Part shown: piece after piece, positions 55,921 to 64,000 of the stretch | Numbering within the stretch: the first letter of the stretch is position 1 | Layout: every line of letters starts with the position of its first letter | From: the human T2T-CHM13v2.0 reference genome, Homo sapiens | DNA: 64,000 nt | Assembly: GCF_009914755.1 (NCBI RefSeq) | Contig: NC_060947.1 | Reading direction: 5' to 3' (one strand) | Position numbers and translations under genes: made by a program | The notes under the pieces: model-generated | The model's database searches: none | What the model was told of the DNA's origin: nothing | What the model saw: only the letters and a program-made list of their open reading frames with translations

Positions 55921-56364
55921 TTTAATGAACGTGGTGGGGGGGAGTTATTCATCCCTCAAAATAGTTTGAGAGGCTACCAAGAACCAGAACTAAACCAGAT
56001 TGATGCAAATTGAATTTTACACTTAGAATGAGTACATTGATGGTCTAACAATTACATTTCAAAAACGCTGATTTATAAAAAAGTAATCCCGACCAGTAAA
56101 AACAGCAGTCATTTCTCAGCCTCCAAATTTTTTAAATGAGTGGAAAACTTTAAGCAATCAATACAAGTCATATGATACACCTCAAATAAAAGTGGTATAC
56201 TACACTGAGTGCCTTGCAGATATTCTCCCACTTAATCGTGATAAGAAATACATACACATTTATTTTTATTTTTACTCTTTTGATAGTGAAGGGACCATGG
56301 CCCAGAACAGGGGTGGCAATATACCAAATGCCACTAAGATGGTAACCGTGGAAGTTTAAATTCA

Positions 56365-56740
56365 AGTTCATGTTGGTATATATATATACACATACATATT
56401 TATACATATGTGTATAACGAGTTACTATTACGTATATATATACAATGAGTGGAAAATATTAGTGGATATAAGTTCATGTATGATTATGTATACATATTAT
56501 GATTATACTATTATGTATATGTATACAATGAGTGGATAATATTAGTGGATATAAGTTCATGTTGGTCTTATATATACATATATAATGTGTGGATATGAGT
56601 GTGTATATATATACATATATAATGTGTGGATATGAGTGTGTGTATATACACACATGCATATTGTATATATGTGTGTATATATAGACACATTATATATATA
56701 CGCATATATACTACACACACACACACACGGGTGTGTGTCT
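56365..56740. repeat. TA/TG low-complexity region with internal duplications
   Basis: Direct reading. Confidence 0.85.
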
Positions 56741-57302
56741 GTATCTTTTCCACAAATCCTTCAACCCATTTTGCAGAGGTCAAATAGACAGTCGGAAGAC
56801 CCTATGCTCAGGTGACTTAAAAATAATTTCCAAATCACATTATGGAGTTTGTATGTATTACACACATTTATTGATAGAGATACCCATATTCTACTAATCT
56901 TTTATTGGCAATAATTTATGTTAAGAATACCCAAGACTGAGAAAGCCTCATTCCTTTGGTAGTGATTAAAATAAAACATACTAAATTAACTTATAGACAA
57001 GTTATAGAACATACATTTGTGAAAAAAATTACTCACCTATGATTGGGACTTTGTATTTTTACCTTATACTTACTCAATGAAATAAAATTTTGAAAAATAT
57101 TCCTGTAAATGTACCAGAACCTATTTTATACCGTGATGATCCTTAACATTTCAGACGACATGGTAGTGTCAATTTAAAAAGCAGCACTATGGAGCAGGGT
57201 TTGTTATTGTTAGAAATACACATTTGTTTCACACGTCAAGGGTAAAAATTAAAAAACAAGATTAATGTTACCCAAAAGGAAACCATTCATCAGGATTCTT
57301 AC

Positions 57303-57395
57303 CTGCCAGTGGAGGATTATATTCCAAATCAAACCAAGAGTCAGTTTATGATTTCCATCTACGATGTCAGTACTTCCAATATTCACTAAATCAAC
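57303..57395 (-). CDS. DMD: Dystrophin exon 5 (93 nt, phase 0/0), CH1 actin-binding domain
   Basis: Minus strand translates to [31 protein letters not shown]. Acceptor ctttaacag|GTTGAT, donor TGGCAG|gtaaga. Length matches dystrophin exon 5. Confidence 0.99.
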
Positions 57396-57858
57396 CTGTT
57401 AAAGAAAGGGGTAAAACATTTGAAGGTAAGAGACCAAATGCCTAGTTGCAATAATAATAATAATAAAAACGTGAAGGTAATTGCATTTAGCTATTTTCAG
57501 AGACTTAGCATTGAAGCTTTTTGAAAATAATCTAAAAATTAAACAAAATGCATGTGTAAAATCACTTTCCATAACAAACAAGCACCCCAAATATATTTAC
57601 TTTCAGCACATGAATAGATTACTGCAGATTAAAGAGGTCAACTGGAGTATCTCCAAATAAAATGTCATAAAGTATGTTTAAAATTAAGATATGCTTTCTA
57701 GTATGGAATTACAACTCAGAAAAATTCACCAGTACTTCCACCTAGCTCCAAGGAGTGCCATTATAATTAAGGCTGACTGCATTTTAGTAAAACGCCTCTG
57801 TTTTAGAATGAATGTTAGGTCTCTAATAAACAATGGAGCAAACTGCCAGCTCTCTTAT

Positions 57859-57990
57859 CTCTGTCTAGGACTGTGTTTGGAAATGAAAATCTGGCAGGGT
57901 TTTATTTGCCTTAATCAAGGCAAATCTCTGTGTCTCCTGTCCTTCACACTCCTCAAATGTTTAAGGTGGAGTAAAGTTAAACACAAGCAT
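57859..57990 (-). other. Latent 132-nt pseudoexon in DMD intron 4
   Basis: Acceptor ttcatatgcttgcttttcag| (AG at 57992-57991). Near-donor GAG|ataaga, whose +1 A is at 57858, 463 nt upstream of exon 5. Confidence 0.8.
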
Positions 57991-58890
57991 CTGAAAAGCA
58001 AGCATATGAAAAGATGTTCAATGTTTTTAGCCAATAGAGGAATGCAAATTGTAACCACAATAATGTATCACTGCACATTTATCATAATGGTTAAAATTAA
58101 AAAATAGTGCCATAAAATGCTGGTGAGGGTGTGGAGAAACTGGATGACTCAACCCCTGCTAGTGGAAACTCAAATGATATAGCCACTTTGGAAAACAGTC
58201 TGGCAGTTTCTCACAAAACTGAACATGTACTTATTATACAATCTGGTAATTGGGCTCTTGAGCATTTATCTCAAGGAAATGAAAACACATGTGTACACAA
58301 AAACCTGCACCTAAGTGTTCATACTACGTTTATTTGTAATAGCCCCAAACTGGGAACCCAGATGCCCTCAGGGGTAGATAAACAAACCATAGTACAGCCA
58401 CACCATGGAATAACACTCATCAATGAAAAGAACAAACTATTGATACATGCAGCAAATTGGATGAATTTCATGGGCATTATGCTAAGTGGGGAAAAAGTCA
58501 TTCTGAAAGGGTAGCATACTGTATGAATCCGTATCTATGAGAGTCTTGAAAAGACAAAGTTACAGAAATAGAGAACAGAATAGCAGTTGGCAGAGGTCAG
58601 GAATGGGAGTAAGATGTGGGGTAGCTGAATGTTCTTATAAAAGGGCAATATGAGGGACCCTTGTAATGGTGGAACTGTTCTGCATATTGACTCTGATGGT
58701 GGATTTACAAACCTACACACGTAATAATGTTGCATAGAACTAAATACACACATATGCATGCACACATACACATAAATATGAGTAAAGCTGGGAAAATCTG
58801 AATACTATTGGTGGTTTTATGAATGTTGACATCTTGGTCATGATATCGTATTTTAGTTTTATAAGATGTTACTACATCGAAGGGGAGATT
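57990..58890 (+). mobile_element. L1MC/MD-type fragment
   Basis: aagcatatgaaaagatgttca, gccactttggaaaacagtctggcagtttc, aatagccccaaactggga. Confidence 0.8.
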
Positions 58891-59494
58891 GATCATTCAA
58901 GAATAAGAAAGCATCATCATCTGCATCATCATCTGGGGATTCCTCATATGGCAGTAGAGGAGAGAAATTCCTCCATAAGGAAAAGCCACTATGAATTTAT
59001 CTATTGATTCATTGATTCACTAACTCAACAAGTACCTTTTGGCTATCTGCCAGGCAATGAAGTAATAAGAGCATGTAAAAGTAAAAACCTTCTGCTTTCA
59101 TGAAACTTAATTCTAGTGATAGTGACAATCAGATGATATAGCACTAAAGACTCAAGCAGTTAAGCAGAGAATATGCTATTTTTAGGAAACATACTCACTC
59201 ATACTGCGGGAAGCACTGCTGGTAGATACGTTTTGGGTTGCCATGGACCTGACTCTGGGGAGACTTAGATCAAGTAATAGGAACTTAGATTCCAGTAACC
59301 CCTTATCCACTGTCATAAGACTTGTCACTGTGTAAGCAGGAAGATAGTTCCTCCATTTCCTTGTCCTCATAAAAGGTCTCATAAGGTCCAATTTCCACTA
59401 TATTCAGGTACTGGGCTCAGACCTGATAAAGGAAAGTAAGGTACTACCCCCCCAGTGTCAAAAAGTTCACAACAGAAGGTCACATAATAAAAAA

Positions 59495-61042
59495 GTATCT
59501 ACCATTAGGCTCTAGCAATTCTACCTCTATGTTTATAACCAAAATAATTAAAAACAGAGATTAAGATATTGGTAGACCAATTATCATAGTAACATTATTC
59601 ACAATAGCCAAAATGTGAGAACACCCAAATGTCCATCTACAGATAAATGGATAAACAAAATGTGGTATGTACATACAACGGAATATTTTCAGCCTTAAAA
59701 AGGAATGAAATTCTGATACAAACTACAACATAAATGAACCTTGGAAACATATGCTAAGTGAAATAAGCAAGACATAAAATGACAAATATTGTATGATTCT
59801 ACTTATATGAGGTACCTAAAATAGCCAAATTCATAGAGAAAAAATGGAAGTTATTAAAGGCTAGGGGAGGTGAAAATGGAGAGTAATCGTTTAATCAGTA
59901 TGAATTCAACTTGGGATGATGAAATCATTCTAGAGATGGATAGCGGTGATGACTACCCAACAACAGAAATATACTTAAAGCCACTGAATTATACACTAAA
60001 AAAATAGAAAAAATGATACCTCAAACCCTATTTAGGGCAATGAACCTGAATAGACATTTCTCAAAAGAAGACAAACCAACGGCCAGCACATAAATGAAAT
60101 AATGTTGAACATCACTAATCATCAGAGAAATGCAAATTAAAACTACAATGAAATATTACATCACACAGAATGGCTATTATCAAAAAGACAAAAGGTAAGT
60201 TGTGGCAAAGATGTGGAGAAAAAGGAATCTTTGCACAGTGTTGGTGGAAATGTAAATTATTGTAGTCATGAAAAACAGTATGGAGGTTTCTCAAAAAATT
60301 ACAAATAAAACTACCATATAATTCAGGAATTCTACTGCTGGGTATATATTCCAAAGGAAACAAATCAATATGTCAAAGAAATAACTGCACTTCAATGTAT
60401 ATTGTAGTGCTACTCAAAATAGCGAAGATAGGAAATCAACTTAAGTGTCCATCAGTAGATGAAAGAATAAAGAAAATGCAGGTATACAGACCTACACACA
60501 CACACACTGGAATACTACTCGGACTTAAAAAGCAGAGAATCCTCTCATTTGCAATGAAATTAATGAATCTAGAGTACGTTACGTCAAATGACATAAGCCA
60601 GGCACAGAAAGACAAACATTACATCATGTCACTTGTATATGAAATTTTAAAATGTTGAGCTCATAGAATTGAGAGTAAAATGTTGGTTAGCAGGGGATAG
60701 AGCTTGGAGGAGGAGGGTTAGGCAGATGTTGGTCAAATGATACTAAATTACATTTAATAGGAATAAATTCAAGAGATCTACTGTACAACATGCTGACTTT
60801 GGTTAATAACAATATTGTATTTTGAAAATTGCTAAGAGAATAGATTTTAAGTGTCCTCAACCCCAAATGATAAACATATAAGTTAATGTATATGTTTATT
60901 AGCTTGAAGCATTCCACAACATCTAGATATTTTAAAAAATCATATGCTACATGGTATATACAATTTTTTTTGCTAATTAAAAAATAAAAAATAGTTATAT
61001 GGTAAATTTTACATCATTTGTATTTTACCACAATAAAAAATA
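59495..61042 (+). mobile_element. L1MB-type 3' end split by a younger L1MA-type 3' fragment (~60035-60990)
   Basis: L1MB 3' UTR stops near 60005 and resumes at atggtaaatttta..tattttaccacaataaaaa after the second element's A tail. Confidence 0.75.
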
Positions 61043-61436
61043 AGTCATTGGAACACACATCGCACCCCCCCCCCACACACACACACACACAGCAGCAGCC
61101 ACAGATAATACCTAAATAAATGTTCATGGTTTTTTTCCAATAAAATTTATCTATATCCACAGGAAAAACAATTAGGTAGGCAACTGTGTCTCACGGAAGC
61201 CCAAGGGGTAAGAAAAAGGAAGTAACATTGTGAAAAGATAAGCAAAAGACATAAGATATATTCATGTACTCAGTATTGATTAAATCTGTAAAGAAAAAAT
61301 AGATTGGAATGAAGAAAAGTATCAGGTGGAGAAAGCATGCCAGAAAGCATTCAGATCACTAGGGGGTAATTAACTGATTGGGAATTGGAGATATTATATT
61401 CAGGGACAGAATTGTATTCAGTGGCAGACAGCTACT

Positions 61437-62355
61437 CTTTTTTAACTTTTATATTAGGTTCAGGAGTACATGTGCAGGTTTGTTACATAGGTAAATTGCG
61501 TGTCATGGGGGTTTAATGTACACATTATTTCATCGCCCAGGTAATAAGTATGGTGCCTGATAGGTAGTTTTTCTGATCCTCTCCCTCCTCCCACCTTTTA
61601 CTCTTGAGTAGGCTCCAGTGTCTGTTGTTCCCCACTTTATATCCATGTGTTCTTGTTATTAACTCCCCTTTTTTTTTTTTTTTTTGAGGTGGAGTTTCGC
61701 TCTTGTTGCCCAGACTGGAGTGCAGTGGCACGATCTCGGCTCACCACAACCTCCGCCTCCCGAGTTTCAAGCGATTCTCCTGCCTCAGCCTCCCAAGTAG
61801 CTGGGATTACAGGCATGCGCCACCACGCCTGGCTAATTTTGTATTTTTAGTAGAGACGGGGTTTCTCCATGTTGGTCAGGCTGGTCTCGAACTCCCGACC
61901 TCAGGTGATCCCGCTCGCCTCGGCCTCCCAAAGTACTAGGTTACAGGTATAAGCCACTGCGCCCAGCCTAACTCCCACTTATAAGTGAGAACATGTGATA
62001 TTTGGTTTTCTGTTCATGCACTAGTTTGCTAAGGATAACGGCTCCAGCTGCATCCATGTTGCTACAATCTTATTTTTGTCTGGGTTGTATTCCATGGTGT
62101 ATATGTAGCATATTTTCTTAATCAGTCTACTGTTGATGGACATTTATGTTGATTCCCCATCTTTGCTACTGTGAATAGTGCTGCAATAAACATATATGTG
62201 CATGTGTCTTTATCGTAGAACAATTTATATTCCTTTGGGTATATACCAAATAATGAGGTTGCTGGGTTGAATGGTATTTCTGTTTTAACTTCTTTGAGGA
62301 ATCACCACACTGCTTTCCACAATGGCAGAATTGATTAACATTCCCACCAGCAGTC
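61437..62355 (-). mobile_element. L1PA13-16-like 3' end interrupted by an AluSp
   Basis: ggttcaggagtacatgtgcaggtttgttacatagg..cccacttataagtgagaacatg. Confidence 0.85.
61669..61968 (-). mobile_element. AluSp
   Basis: gagtttcgctcttgttgccc, tttctccatgttggtcagg; TSD TAACTCCC. Confidence 0.93.
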
Positions 62356-62447
62356 ACCACACCTGGCCAATATCTTATGCATACATTTTCAGATACTGAT
62401 GCTTCTACTGTTATTATAACAATTCACAGGATGTATATACTGGATCA

Positions 62448-62700
62448 GAGTGTGTGTATACACACACACACACACACACACTCTGCTCTAGTAGATACAT
62501 CTATACATATATATATATACGCATCATTTCAGGGAGATATAGACATATCTATACAAGTATATGTGTATCTACACATATACACATATATATCTATACATCT
62601 ATACACATATATACATATGTATACATCTATACACATATATACATATGTATACATCTATATACATATATACATACACACACATATATACACATATATATGT
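62448..62700. repeat. (CA)/(TACA) low-complexity repeat
   Basis: Direct reading. Confidence 0.9.
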
Positions 62701-64000
62701 AATTTTAGTAGGTGTTTCCACCTGCCTTCCTAGAAACAATTTAGAATTACATATTTTAACCAGAATGTATAAGAATAGGCTCTTCTCTCACCAGGAAATT
62801 TTTGTTTTGTTTTTGATTCTTTTAGTTTTGTTTGTATGATCAAATACATCACTTTGTTAACTTTTATTTCCATGATTCCTTGTGCATTTGAATATATTTT
62901 TGTATCACTGACCTATTACAATTCCATGTGTGAATTGTCTGTTAATATGTTTTGCTCATTAATTTCTATATGGTAGTTTTCTTTTCCTTCTTGAATTTTA
63001 AGAGCTCTTGGTAAATAAGAGATAACATTTGTAGAATGCTTACCACTTGCAAAATGTGATTATATTTCTTATAATTCAACAAAATTTTGTATTTCATTCA
63101 AAAGTAAAACTGTCTTACAGATTTATGATCTTTGCTTTTTGACTGTTAAGTACAAAGGTTAACCTGACATCACAAAAGGAATTGTGGAGTTTTTTTCTTT
63201 TCATATGCTTTGGAATAGCTTAAAGTATATAAATTATTCTTTAAGGGTTACGTTAAATTCATTTGTAAAGAATCCTACTACACTCTTCAACAGTACACCT
63301 TTAATAACCTACTAAATGTTTTCTGAAGTAATCAGTCTAATTTTCCACTTATTCTTATCTCAATTTTAGTGATTTGTATTGTACGAGAAAATCAAGTTTT
63401 CCAGAATTTTGCAAAATTGTTATAAAATTGCTTTTAGTTTCCACTTCATTTCTTCTGTATCTGCTGTCATGCGTCTTTTCTCATTTATCTCGTCTAGTTT
63501 TTATTCTAAGTTTTCTTTGTTATGACTGGGATAGGTTTACCTATTTTGTTAATCTTTTCAAGAGCTCACTTTTGAATGGATTATTCTTATTCAATTTTCT
63601 ACGTTGAATACAATTTTTATTTTTGTTTCTATTTTTACAATTTCTTAAGATGCATACTTCTTTTATTTCCATCTTTTAAAAATCTTATGGCTATACAGTT
63701 CTCTCTGAATACAGATTTCACTATGCCTACATCATTAGAGTATGTATGAGCTATATAAATTTTACCAAGAGTTCATGAACATTTTACATTTATGTGCATT
63801 TTACCAAGAGGGAAACAGAGTATCAAAGATAAATGAAGCTTCCACAAGGTCTGATTTAAAACTATGTCTGGATAGAAGATATTTCATTAATTACATCTAG
63901 TGAATTCTCCACAAAAAGCTTTAAGAGGCTCTCTCTCCAAGTTAATAAACATTTCACACCATGATACAGACAAGGATTATTATTTATTTTGGTTGTGTTT

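Larger units (their letters stand above)
57396..64000 (-). other. DMD: DMD intron 4 (3' part)
   Basis: Upstream of the exon 5 acceptor; exon 4 not seen in the window. Confidence 0.93.

Overview
Human (or very close primate) genomic DNA from inside the dystrophin gene DMD, which runs on the minus strand. Three coding exons have canonical AG/GT boundaries: exon 5 (57303-57395, 93 nt), exon 6 (50476-50648, 173 nt) and exon 7 (43501-43619, 119 nt). Together they encode part of the N-terminal actin-binding CH1/CH2 domains. The rest is intronic: the 3' end of intron 4, introns 5 and 6, and the first 43.5 kb of the large intron 7. It is dominated by transposable elements: a solo THE1B-like LTR, a full MSTA-like MaLR provirus, a near full-length old L1, an L1PA7-like element with a 5' inversion, about nine Alus, L2/MIR pieces, MER DNA transposons and microsatellites. 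None of the supplied ORFs is a real gene. I found no evidence of a new multi-gene system. The most notable items are an ~850-bp inverted duplication inside the L1 2 kb from exon 7, a latent 132-nt pseudoexon one base away from activation in intron 4, the exon 5 IRES/exon 6 AUG region, and an intact DUX4-type motif plus splice donor in a DMD-sense THE1 LTR. Repeat subfamily names come from recalled consensus sequences. Boundaries of old repeats are approximate.
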